Source: a virus
Taxonomy: Duplodnaviria; Caudoviricetes
Virus record (IMG/VR): IMGVR_UViG_3300025392_000002
Direction: 5' to 3' (one strand)
Length of the DNA: 64,000 bases
Positions 22,201 to 30,012 of the stretch are shown here, in pieces. Below the pieces are notes generated by a model. The model did no database searches. It had not been told where the DNA came from and worked only from the letters and a program-made list of their open reading frames with translations. Within the stretch, counting starts at the first letter, position 1; the number at the start of each line of letters is the position of its first letter. The translations under genes and the position numbers were made by a program.

Positions 22201-22716
22201 ACTGCCAAACTGCTGAGTCTTGGGCAAACTTGCATTAATTACTTTAATAAACTGATCGTACCAGTTAGGATTACTTGGATCGTTCCAAGTAATAACTTGG
22301 CCACTCATATTAATACCGTTGCTGTCTAACACAGTTTCAGATGTGGAAACTGTATGAAATTTAAGCAATCCCTTTGCTGCCATGTTTCTATTGGCATTGT
22401 AACCTAACATTCTTGATAAACGTAATACGCTATCACGACGCTCTGCCAGTTCTAGAAAGTTTTCACGAGCATTTAAGTCGGTACGGAAAGCAATGCTTTG
22501 TCCTACGAATGCAATAATATCAATTAATGCTAGATACTCTGAACTTTCTATATAGTCATTAAAATCTTCTGGAAAATTTGTACGGATGTAGTCGATCATT
22601 GTGCGACGTAAATTTTCAAAGTCGTAACTTTGGAAATCTGCATTCTTAAATGACTGATAAATTTTATGCCAATCTTGGTTTACTAGCAGGTTATTTTGTC
22701 TATCCGTGGCGCTCAT
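19237..22716 (-). CDS. gp6: Baseplate wedge subunit, gp6-like
   Basis: SYDFENLRRTMIDY, FNDYIESSEYLALID, ARENFLELAERRDSVLRLSRMLGY, FGDGTFG and QNRMVTGEDY are gp6/baseplate-J motifs; lies next to the gp25-like gene. Confidence 0.85.
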   Translation of the reverse strand: MSATDRQNNLLVNQDWHKIYQSFKNADFQSYDFENLRRTMIDYIRTNFPEDFNDYIESSEYLALIDIIAFVGQSIAFRTDLNARENFLELAERRDSVLRLSRMLGYNANRNMAAKGLLKFHTVSTSETVLDSNGINMSGQVITWNDPSNPNWYDQFIKVINASLPKTQQFGSPIDQANIYNIATSQYRFNGTNTNVPVFSFTKTVAGRSMNFEITSTTFSGKTYIYEEPPKVGNGLAFIYKDDGYGAGSTNTGFFLNFTQGSLNQGTFQITQPSTNEIVDINTQNINNSDVWLYKLDQNTGAENTLWTQVPALTGNNVIYNSLSKKIKSIYSVITRAGDSISLGFGDGTFGDLPLGNFRAYYRVSNGLTYTVNPSDIINVSISIPYYSARNQIETLSVTLSLAASVNNASVAETNANIKTNAPQTYYTQNRMVTGEDYNISPLAVTQKVAKVKAINRSSSGISRYFDLVDPTGKYSSTNLFADDGILYQEPYISTTNFSYLTKTDIEGIVYNTVFQLLDDPNLRNFYYSNFINYISESLNIAWYKTTTDSNSSTGYIGSAVDAAPYKLGSYTSTDLKYFTAGALIKFTAASVDGVPRYFDTNNNNAVVLASSNMKGLVSYLWAQVISVTTDGTGTGKGVLSTGFGAVTMSAIIPSGAVVSQIIPKLNVTITSSVITTMIDLIFNNKPFGLRYDATTQSWQIIFETNLNASGAFNLGSQGDTTNTQQDSSWILLFTTNNETYTISSRLLRYIFESNQEVTFYFDTTVKVYDTVSSNTIVDQLKVLSINTQPDNTSPFTVDAAWQIVSEYNGLDGYIDPSKIVITFADSRNDGVVDNPQLFLDIVSPNTNPLTKYIVQEKYLISQGQEDYRYVSNATGIVLIFSTQSNVGALSQYTDGQYFYFVDKQVVKKYDAVTSTLIPTLDYKVYVGRDNLKFQYIHNADYDSRIDPGASNIMDVYVLTKDYDTQFRQWLSGANITEPLPPSSSELNSLLSTELNLIKSISDEIVYHPVDYILLFGSKADFNLQASFNVVKNVSSTASNNDIIARIITAFTEFFALENWNFGDTFYFTELSTYVLTQLSPDITSFVIVPKQGNLYFGSLFEIQCPSSKIFVSCATATDINVVAGLTSDNIKTVTGAGLNSVVSSQNITSASFGVTNGQ

Positions 22717-22734
22717 AATGTGTCCTAATATCAG

Positions 22735-22741
22735 TATTTAT
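22735..22741 (-). promoter_or_regulatory. Late promoter (ATAAATA)
   Basis: T4 gp55-type TATAAATA-like box 18 nt upstream of the gp6-like start. Confidence 0.7.
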
Positions 22742-22763
22742 TGATTAAAATTCTATGCGCACT

Positions 22764-23198
22764 TTATTGTGTCAGTAGACCGTTAGCTTGATCAAATTGT
22801 AGTTTTAGAGTCTGGCTAATATTATAAGGAATATATTTTAAATTTGCTTCGATTTGTAAACCGGTGTCGTAGGGTGTTATAAGTACGTTTTCTGCTTGTA
22901 TTCTAGGATCGTAATTAAGAATTTCGTTAACGTTTTGTAAGATGAGATCTTTAAGTTGTTCTGTTAATGGTTCAAATAAAAGGTCCCAAATGATGGTTCC
23001 AAACCCTGGTTGCATTAATCGCTCGCCCTTACGAATATAAAAATGATTGATCAGGTCTTGCTTGATTAAATCAAAATCATACAGTGTAAAATTTTGTGTA
23101 TTAGTTGCAACTGTACTAAAACCTCTATACATTTGTGGTGTAGCTGGAGTTGTATTAGGCCTTGCCGGAAGGGTTACTTTACTATATAGTTGACTCAT
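22764..23198 (-). CDS. gp25: Baseplate wedge subunit, gp25/GPW-like
   Basis: LIKQDLINHFYIRKGERLMQPGFGTIIWDLLFEP...YDPRI is the gp25 family signature. Confidence 0.9.
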   Translation of the reverse strand: MSQLYSKVTLPARPNTTPATPQMYRGFSTVATNTQNFTLYDFDLIKQDLINHFYIRKGERLMQPGFGTIIWDLLFEPLTEQLKDLILQNVNEILNYDPRIQAENVLITPYDTGLQIEANLKYIPYNISQTLKLQFDQANGLLTQ

Positions 23199-24541
23199 TA
23201 GTCTGCTCCTTTAACCTTATTAAAGGTATCTGTTTTAGTTGTATATTTTAGTGAGGCACCGTGTAAATTTTCATGTCCTGCCCAAGGTTCTGCGTTTGGT
23301 ACTCGAGTAGCCGCTGTTGCGGCTGCGGCTCCGCCAGCTGTTCCTGAATTTAAGTTAATAGTTCCACCATCTATAGAAGTACTTCCAGCTAGTATGTTGC
23401 AATTGCCGCCTGGATTAATATTAGCAGATCCACCAGGTTTAACATTAAAGTTTCCGCCTGGGCCTATATTAGTATTACCGCTAGATTTAATATTAACATT
23501 TCCGCCAGTACTAGTTAAATTAATATCCTTATCAGCAGTTACATTAAAGTTACCTTTGGTGTGCATACTGATATCATCTGCGGCATAGATGTCAATCTTA
23601 CCATTACTAGTCAATTCAATCCATGTGGTTCCTCTAGCATTACCTATATAGATTAAATCTTCACTGTTATGTAGAAGAATTTGATGTCCGGTACGAGTAC
23701 GAATACGTACTAGTTCGTTGTGTGGGATTGTATTGAGTCCACCGGTTTCTCCCTGCTCTACCGCGGCATATTCTGGCGGACCATCGCTTGGTTTCGTTTT
23801 ACGCAAAAATTTGTCGTCGCCGTCATCCATAACAAATGTCGATCCGCCAAGCCTGCTGACAAACGCATTTGGAACTCTGCTAGTAGTACTACCAATTGCG
23901 CCTCTAGTTGCACCAGGTCGTTTATCTACTGGCCCAGGGGTGCTGATACCAAATACTGAACTAGGAGTTTCTCTACGAGCACTACTAGTTGTGATTCCTC
24001 TAATATCGTCTTTTAATAAACCCTGTGTTGTTAACACATCTGCTAGAGGATGTTTAGGTTTTTTAAATTGTGTTGGATCTGCACTACTGTTATTAAGTTT
24101 TTTATTATACTCTGCTACAGGTGCGCGGTCGCCGCCTTCTACTACATTCTGTGTTGCGGCTATTCCTGGAACCATAAAATTCATATTTTCATCAGGAACA
24201 CAACCTATCCAATAACCGCGTTTTGGATCTCCATCAATAAAAATTACAATAACAGTAGAACCGACATCGGGAGGTACCATCCACATTCCATAACTTTTTT
24301 GTGTGTTGTTATAGTTGTCAGGATCTTCTTTGATAAAGTCTGCACTTGTCTGTCCCCAGAACGGACTCATATATTTTACTTGATGGGTTTGTCCATCGGA
24401 ACCAGTATTACCAGTAGGTCTTAATATTTGCACCTGTAACATTCCCATATAGGTACTGTCTAGATGACTCATGACTTTTGCCAAATAAGGGCCTGGGCGT
24501 TGTTCAGGAGATTCTGCCGATACGTAATTTTTATCTCCCAT
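23198..24541 (-). CDS. gp5: Baseplate central spike, gp5/VgrG-like (OB fold + beta-helix)
   Basis: GMWMVPPDVGSTVIVIFIDGD..GYWIG OB-fold motif; RIRTRTGHQILL; C-terminal beta-helix repeats. Confidence 0.8.
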   Translation of the reverse strand: MGDKNYVSAESPEQRPGPYLAKVMSHLDSTYMGMLQVQILRPTGNTGSDGQTHQVKYMSPFWGQTSADFIKEDPDNYNNTQKSYGMWMVPPDVGSTVIVIFIDGDPKRGYWIGCVPDENMNFMVPGIAATQNVVEGGDRAPVAEYNKKLNNSSADPTQFKKPKHPLADVLTTQGLLKDDIRGITTSSARRETPSSVFGISTPGPVDKRPGATRGAIGSTTSRVPNAFVSRLGGSTFVMDDGDDKFLRKTKPSDGPPEYAAVEQGETGGLNTIPHNELVRIRTRTGHQILLHNSEDLIYIGNARGTTWIELTSNGKIDIYAADDISMHTKGNFNVTADKDINLTSTGGNVNIKSSGNTNIGPGGNFNVKPGGSANINPGGNCNILAGSTSIDGGTINLNSGTAGGAAAATAATRVPNAEPWAGHENLHGASLKYTTKTDTFNKVKGAD

Positions 24542-26787
24542 TATGGTGTTACCTCATCTGGATCTGTATTAGGTGGTTCTTCTTTCTTATTTGAAATTCC
24601 AAACATTTGGTCAGGTGTTGATTCAAATAAATCTCCGTACAACGGTCTGCGGAAACCTTTTAATACTTGTGTAAAAACTCCGCCACTAAATTTGCTTGTT
24701 AAATCTGTTACACAATACAATCCGCTGAAATGTTTTAATGGCACTGATTTTGATTTGCCAAAATCGTATAATCCAGTGCTTTGATTAATATCTATAGGAG
24801 TTCTAAAATTGATCTTAATATCCACTTCGCCGTTTTCATAATTTATAGTACCATCAGAATTTAGATTCTTATATTGTGTACAAGCAGATGTATAATTGCC
24901 AGTGCCGCTTTGTGCAATATAATAAGGATCTCCCACAATCTCCATTTCTAAATTATACATATCAAGAGGATTTTCTAATGCCATCTGGAACATTTTTGCG
25001 GCACGTTGAGCTTGACCTTCTGCACCGCCGCCACCCCGACGATCTTGACCAGTAAGAGTATTAACCCAACGTAGTATTGTTGGCATAACTCCAATCTTTT
25101 TACTAGGGTCTTGGCCGTCTGGCATTGCCTTTATATTCTTTTTTGTTTTTTCGTCTGAGCCGCCTGTTTGTTTTTCTGTCACGCTATCTTGAGTTCTTTC
25201 CAAAGCATCAGAACCCATAATCATTGAAAAACCAGCATCATATTTAATTTCAAATTTCATAATATCAACATTTTTACCGGTGTAGATATAGTTGTATTCT
25301 TTAACTGCTTCTTGCTCTAGTGGGCCACCTTCGCTTAATCCTATACCAGGTGTGTTAGGAGGAGTTAGTCTACTGCTGTGTACCGCATAAGGAACTACTC
25401 TGTAGACAACTAACTTAGGTTTAATACCGCTGTTTTTATTCACCGAACCTATATTATAAACTTTAGTATCAATTCGATACCAACCTCTGTAACCTTCAGG
25501 TGTGATATTGTCGTTGTCTAGAGCGTCATTGACAAATCCACTTTGTAATATCACTTGATTTATAGCAGTAGTAATCTTGGTATCTTGTCCAAATTTCATT
25601 TCGCTTAGTTTGATATCAGACGTTAATTTACTTCTATCAAAGATACCTGTTTTACTGTTATATACTTTATCAGTTGCTCCACTTGGTGCAATACCTTTTC
25701 TTACTTCGTCAAATCCAAGATCTGCAATACCTATATTGTTACAAGTTGCAGGATCTTGAATAAGATTTGGATTAACTGTGCTTCTAGTTACTCCTAGTTG
25801 TTCATACAATGCGCTTGCGCTGGCTACATCTGATTCGCTTACTGTGGCTGCATCCGTAGTTTCTGTATTATCAGAACTTTGACTAGGACTAGATGCACTG
25901 GCAGTATCTAAAGGAAATAAAATAAGAACTTCGTCTGGAGTTTCAAAGTTTGCCTGTATTGCAGTTTGTTTGAGTTTTTCATTCAGCACTGCTTGTAAAC
26001 TATTATCTCCAGACTGCAATATTTCTTGTATAGTTTTACCGCTAATGCTTACATCATTTTTAAAAAGATTAACATCGTCTGTAAGGGCAAATACATTATA
26101 AGCCATTGCTGTACATTTATATACAGATCCTTTTTCATTGACTGTCATGTCCATAGTTTGAAAACTAAATGGTATCTGTCTACTACATCCTGGAATTTTA
26201 ATTATTTTTCCAGATTCTGTGTTACCCCTAAAATCTATAGTAAGTACAAACGGAGCTTCACGCCAGTTATCATGGCCTAACTCCTGTGCTATTGTTTGAC
26301 AGCTGAGTGGAAACAAACCCATACTATAGGGTTCAATAATATTAAAACTGAAATTTTGTACGTTAGTTTGATCACATGCTGCCATGAAACCTATTTGTTG
26401 TTCAAGAACTAGGTTATCTATAAAAAAATCAAACTTGCCGTAGGGAGTGTTTACACGATTAGAAGGATCAGCATTTGCAGACTTGCATACTAGCGCAATT
26501 TTTTTTCCTATCTTATAGGAGGTGTCAGGATAATTAAGTTCGTCATCTGTAAGACAACCAATACCTATTACATAGGTGTAACTAGCATAACCAAATAAAG
26601 GATTTGGAAGAGGTAATTTAACACCTCCTAATTTTTTAATAAAATTACCAAGATCTCCTAAACTGCCAGTTAATGTTGTCAATGCATTAGCTGGACCTTC
26701 TGACAAAAAAGTCTTGGCTGCATTAGCACCTGCTTCGACAGTGCGGGTCGCTGAATCTACTACACCTGGAATTCCGTCAAAACTCAT
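24541..26787 (-). CDS. Putative baseplate hub protein (gp27-like position)
   Basis: 748 aa between the gp53-like and gp5-like genes; C-terminal MEIVGDPYYI and FSGLYCVTDLTSKFSGGVFTQVL are typical of hub proteins. Confidence 0.6.
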   Translation of the reverse strand: MSFDGIPGVVDSATRTVEAGANAAKTFLSEGPANALTTLTGSLGDLGNFIKKLGGVKLPLPNPLFGYASYTYVIGIGCLTDDELNYPDTSYKIGKKIALVCKSANADPSNRVNTPYGKFDFFIDNLVLEQQIGFMAACDQTNVQNFSFNIIEPYSMGLFPLSCQTIAQELGHDNWREAPFVLTIDFRGNTESGKIIKIPGCSRQIPFSFQTMDMTVNEKGSVYKCTAMAYNVFALTDDVNLFKNDVSISGKTIQEILQSGDNSLQAVLNEKLKQTAIQANFETPDEVLILFPLDTASASSPSQSSDNTETTDAATVSESDVASASALYEQLGVTRSTVNPNLIQDPATCNNIGIADLGFDEVRKGIAPSGATDKVYNSKTGIFDRSKLTSDIKLSEMKFGQDTKITTAINQVILQSGFVNDALDNDNITPEGYRGWYRIDTKVYNIGSVNKNSGIKPKLVVYRVVPYAVHSSRLTPPNTPGIGLSEGGPLEQEAVKEYNYIYTGKNVDIMKFEIKYDAGFSMIMGSDALERTQDSVTEKQTGGSDEKTKKNIKAMPDGQDPSKKIGVMPTILRWVNTLTGQDRRGGGGAEGQAQRAAKMFQMALENPLDMYNLEMEIVGDPYYIAQSGTGNYTSACTQYKNLNSDGTINYENGEVDIKINFRTPIDINQSTGLYDFGKSKSVPLKHFSGLYCVTDLTSKFSGGVFTQVLKGFRRPLYGDLFESTPDQMFGISNKKEEPPNTDPDEVTP

Positions 26788-26788
26788 A

Positions 26789-27091
26789 CTATAATCCTAA
26801 CACTGAATTTAAATTTCTACCTTTGGGAATATAAATTTGTACACCTGGTACAAAATCTAAAATAGGATCTTGTAATACATCAAGATTACGTTGTATAAAC
26901 ACCCACCATAAATTGCTTTGACCATACAAGTCATTGGCTAGTAAATCTGGTCTGTGCGAATACTGCGGTTGTATTGTATACAAAAAATCATCGTTGTCAG
27001 CCGCAACTGGTCTAATGGTCAGTATATCTAAATAATTCTGTTTTATCTTAGTATTATACCAAGGACTAGTATTTGTATATTGTGCTGGCAT
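26789..27091 (-). CDS. gp53: Baseplate wedge protein, gp53/LysM-like
   Basis: YTIQPQYSHRPDLLANDLYGQSNLWWVF...G..IYIP motif. Confidence 0.8.
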   Translation of the reverse strand: MPAQYTNTSPWYNTKIKQNYLDILTIRPVAADNDDFLYTIQPQYSHRPDLLANDLYGQSNLWWVFIQRNLDVLQDPILDFVPGVQIYIPKGRNLNSVLGL

Positions 27092-27093
27092 GA

Positions 27094-28092
27094 TTATACG
27101 TATCCAAATGAATTGTTTAAATAGCCGCCACCGACAAATCTGTCAAGACTAAAGTTGCGAACACTATTTCTACTGTATATCGGTTGTACTGTAACGTTAA
27201 TTGTACTTTTGACTGGAACGTGTGCGACTCCGCCACTAGTTGTTCCACCAATACCAAACGATCCAAGTAGTCCTGCTACTTGGCCAACACCACCGGCAAT
27301 ACTACTGACTCCGCTTAGTATTCCTCCAAGTGCCGAATCGCCACCTAGTAAACCAGCGCCCATGCTGGCTAGCCCGCCAATGCTGTCTGCAACTCCTTCT
27401 ACTTCTCCGGCAGCACTTCCAACTACATCACAACCAATATAGTCGCAATCATTTGGTAATGTAATCTTAACATCGGTTACGATTACTGGAATATTTTTAA
27501 ACACAAAATTTCCATAACCGTTAAGGAAAATAATAGGAGGAGGATTTCCAGCCTTAGGATCATTTCCTGAAAACATTTTGGTAAGACTGCGTAAATAATG
27601 CACGGCGGCAATCCAGTAAAGAGCTTGCGTAGCATCTTCTGCGTAAAAAGGAGCATCAATAGTTATGTGTCCAGGGTCGCTATTTTTAAATGCCTGCATT
27701 AGATAATTGGTATGTATTGTTTCAACAGCTTGATAGTTAGCCTTTGTACCAAATGAAACCTTAGGAGTATATGGAAATACTAAACCGCCTGCATCTTTCA
27801 ATGGTTTTAGCACAGGACTTGTTTTGAAAGCTGTCCAGTTAGCCATGCTTAATCGAACACGCCAATCATTTGCATTTGCATCGCCACCAAAGCTGGCAAC
27901 AGCACTGGTAAGATCGCCAATAGCTTCTCCTGCGGCCGGCAAATCAACTGCTCGGATAGCGGCCATTACATCACCACCGCTGGCGCTGTATGCTGTATCA
28001 ATTGCGGCTCCTAGATTTTTAGCGGTGTTGACTGCACCTGAAGCGGCGCCTAATAACCCGCTTGATGCATTTAGTGAGTCTAGTAATCCCAT
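27094..28092 (-). CDS. Putative tail tube initiator/baseplate protein (gp48/gp54-like)
   Basis: GLVFPYTP and GNPPPIIFLNGYG..F.NIPVIV motifs; position next to gp53. Start moved from 28116 to the ATG at 28092, which has an AAGGA SD; the track start overlaps the late promoter. Confidence 0.6.
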   Translation of the reverse strand: MGLLDSLNASSGLLGAASGAVNTAKNLGAAIDTAYSASGGDVMAAIRAVDLPAAGEAIGDLTSAVASFGGDANANDWRVRLSMANWTAFKTSPVLKPLKDAGGLVFPYTPKVSFGTKANYQAVETIHTNYLMQAFKNSDPGHITIDAPFYAEDATQALYWIAAVHYLRSLTKMFSGNDPKAGNPPPIIFLNGYGNFVFKNIPVIVTDVKITLPNDCDYIGCDVVGSAAGEVEGVADSIGGLASMGAGLLGGDSALGGILSGVSSIAGGVGQVAGLLGSFGIGGTTSGGVAHVPVKSTINVTVQPIYSRNSVRNFSLDRFVGGGYLNNSFGYV

Positions 28093-28115
28093 AATTAATA
28101 TTCCTTTTGGTAACA

Positions 28116-28121
28116 TATTTA
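28116..28121 (-). promoter_or_regulatory. Late promoter (TAAATA) for the baseplate operon
   Basis: cTAAATA on the minus strand upstream of the baseplate block. Confidence 0.65.
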
Positions 28122-28122
28122 G

Positions 28123-28151
28123 TTGACTTTATTAAGTGCGTAGTTTATAAT
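28123..28151 (+). promoter_or_regulatory. Sigma70-type promoter for gp55-gp47-gp46
   Basis: TTGACT (28123-28128), 17-nt spacer, TATAAT (28146-28151). Confidence 0.85.
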
Positions 28152-28175
28152 TAATCATTAGAGGACTGAACAAGG

Positions 28176-29006
28176 ATGACTGCAAAAGTAAATTACCTAA
28201 ACAACAAGGATATGTTGTTAGAAATACATAGAAGTAAAACATCGTACTGTGTGTTTACTCAACCCGAATATCACCAATATGATATAATTTTGCCCAATGT
28301 AGACAAAATTAATATTCGAACTATTGCAGAGGCCAAACGGAATCGAGCAAAACGCATAGGAGATGCCGATTACCAACAGCGAAAAAAAGCTGGTGAAAAA
28401 ATCAAACAAGCTGATTGCGAAGTTGATTATAAAAAAATACCAAAGACAGACTTAGTATTCAGAATTATGACATTTGATCATATTCCGCTGAACAATACCC
28501 GTAAGAAGAATCCAAAAAGTCTTGCCGATCACAGGGACAAAGTAAACTTTCCTCCATTCCAGCATTGGAAATTTGACGATAAAGACGAACTGATTTGTGT
28601 TGGTAAAAGTCATTGGAAGGGTGATTTAGTCAAGGGCAAGTTTGATAAAGATGCTGGCCAAATTACTAACACTTTAGCTCGTATGATGTTAAAATTGTGT
28701 GAAAGATATGCTACTCGCGGTAACGTTCGTGGCTATACTTACAATGACGAAATGAAGGGACAGGCTATTTTGCAACTAACACAGATAGGACTACAGTTTG
28801 ATGAATCCAAATCCGATAACCCTTTTGCATATTTTACTGCCGCGGTTACTAATAGTTTTGTTCGCGTTATTAATATTGAAAAACGCAATCAAAATATTCG
28901 AGATGATATTTTAGAAATCAACGGTATGAATCCTAGTTATAGCAGAACTGGTGCTGGCGAACATGCGGCAGCATTGAAAAGACACAATGAGGATGCTAGT
29001 GAGTAA
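28176..29006 (+). CDS. gp55: Late-transcription sigma factor, gp55-like
   Basis: NYLNNKDML N-terminus; RGYTYNDEM and FDESKSDNPFAYFT..NSFVRVINIEK motifs; synteny with gp47/gp46. Confidence 0.85.
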   Translation: MTAKVNYLNNKDMLLEIHRSKTSYCVFTQPEYHQYDIILPNVDKINIRTIAEAKRNRAKRIGDADYQQRKKAGEKIKQADCEVDYKKIPKTDLVFRIMTFDHIPLNNTRKKNPKSLADHRDKVNFPPFQHWKFDDKDELICVGKSHWKGDLVKGKFDKDAGQITNTLARMMLKLCERYATRGNVRGYTYNDEMKGQAILQLTQIGLQFDESKSDNPFAYFTAAVTNSFVRVINIEKRNQNIRDDILEINGMNPSYSRTGAGEHAAALKRHNEDASE

Positions 29007-30012
29007 TTTATTTAAAAAAGTAGCTTGTTTTACAGATATACACTTTGGATTGAAATCTAACAGTAATGTACACAATCAAGATTGTGAAGATTTTGTAGAC
29101 TGGTATATTGCTAAAGCAAAGGAGGAAGGCTGTGATACAGGAATTTTTATGGGCGATTGGCACCACAATCGCAATAGTCTCAATATTACTACTATGGATT
29201 ATAGCCTTAGGGCTTTGGAAAAGCTGGGCCAAGCGTTTGATAATTTTTACTTTTTTCCTGGTAATCATGATCTTTACTATAAAGACAAGCGAGATATTCA
29301 TTCAGTCGAGTTTGGAAAGTATATTCCCGGAATCACAGTGGTTCATGAACCGACTACCGTTGGAAATGTCACGCTCTGTCCATGGCTTATAGGTGACGAA
29401 TGGAAAAGTTTAAAAGGTTCTAAGAGCAAGTATATCTTTGGACACTTTGAACTTCCATTGTTTTACATGAACGCAATGGTACAGATGCCGGATCACGGAG
29501 AGCTACAGGCCGCAGACTTGAAAGGTCCCGATTATGTATTTTCAGGACACTTTCATAAACGTCAACAACAGGGCAACGTTGTATATATTGGCAATGCTTT
29601 CCCGCACAACTATGCAGACACATGGGACGATGAACGCGGTATGATGATTTTAGAATGGGGTAAAGATCCTGTTTATCATACCTGGGATAATCAACCTACT
29701 TTCCGTACACTTAAACTTAGTGAACTAATCGACGGTGCTGATACAATCCTTAAATCTAAACAGCATTTACGTGTTACATTAGACATTGATATTACTTTTG
29801 AAGAAGCAAGTTTTATTAAAGAAAAGTTCATGGCAGATTACGATATCCGTGAGCTTACACTTATTGCTGAAAAGAAAGAAATTGAAATCAATACAAATAT
29901 TGACATACAGGCTTTTGAAAGTGTCGATCAAATTGTAAGTAGTCAAATTATTAATATCGACTCTGATACTTACGACAAAAACACACTTCTAGCCATTTAT
30001 AACAGCTTATGA
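28999..30012 (+). CDS. gp47: Recombination endonuclease subunit (Mre11/SbcD-like)
   Basis: Metallophosphoesterase motifs DIHFG, GDWHH, GNHD, GHFH. Likely GTG start at 28999 after a GAGGA SD (track start 28987). Confidence 0.92.
   Translation: MSNLFKKVACFTDIHFGLKSNSNVHNQDCEDFVDWYIAKAKEEGCDTGIFMGDWHHNRNSLNITTMDYSLRALEKLGQAFDNFYFFPGNHDLYYKDKRDIHSVEFGKYIPGITVVHEPTTVGNVTLCPWLIGDEWKSLKGSKSKYIFGHFELPLFYMNAMVQMPDHGELQAADLKGPDYVFSGHFHKRQQQGNVVYIGNAFPHNYADTWDDERGMMILEWGKDPVYHTWDNQPTFRTLKLSELIDGADTILKSKQHLRVTLDIDITFEEASFIKEKFMADYDIRELTLIAEKKEIEINTNIDIQAFESVDQIVSSQIINIDSDTYDKNTLLAIYNSL

Noticed and set aside
744-27442. Numerous short plus-strand ORFs inside the minus-strand genes (and minus-strand ORFs inside plus-strand genes later in the window)
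   Set aside because: Antisense shadows of Thr/Gly/Ser-rich codon patterns; no SD or recognisable domains.
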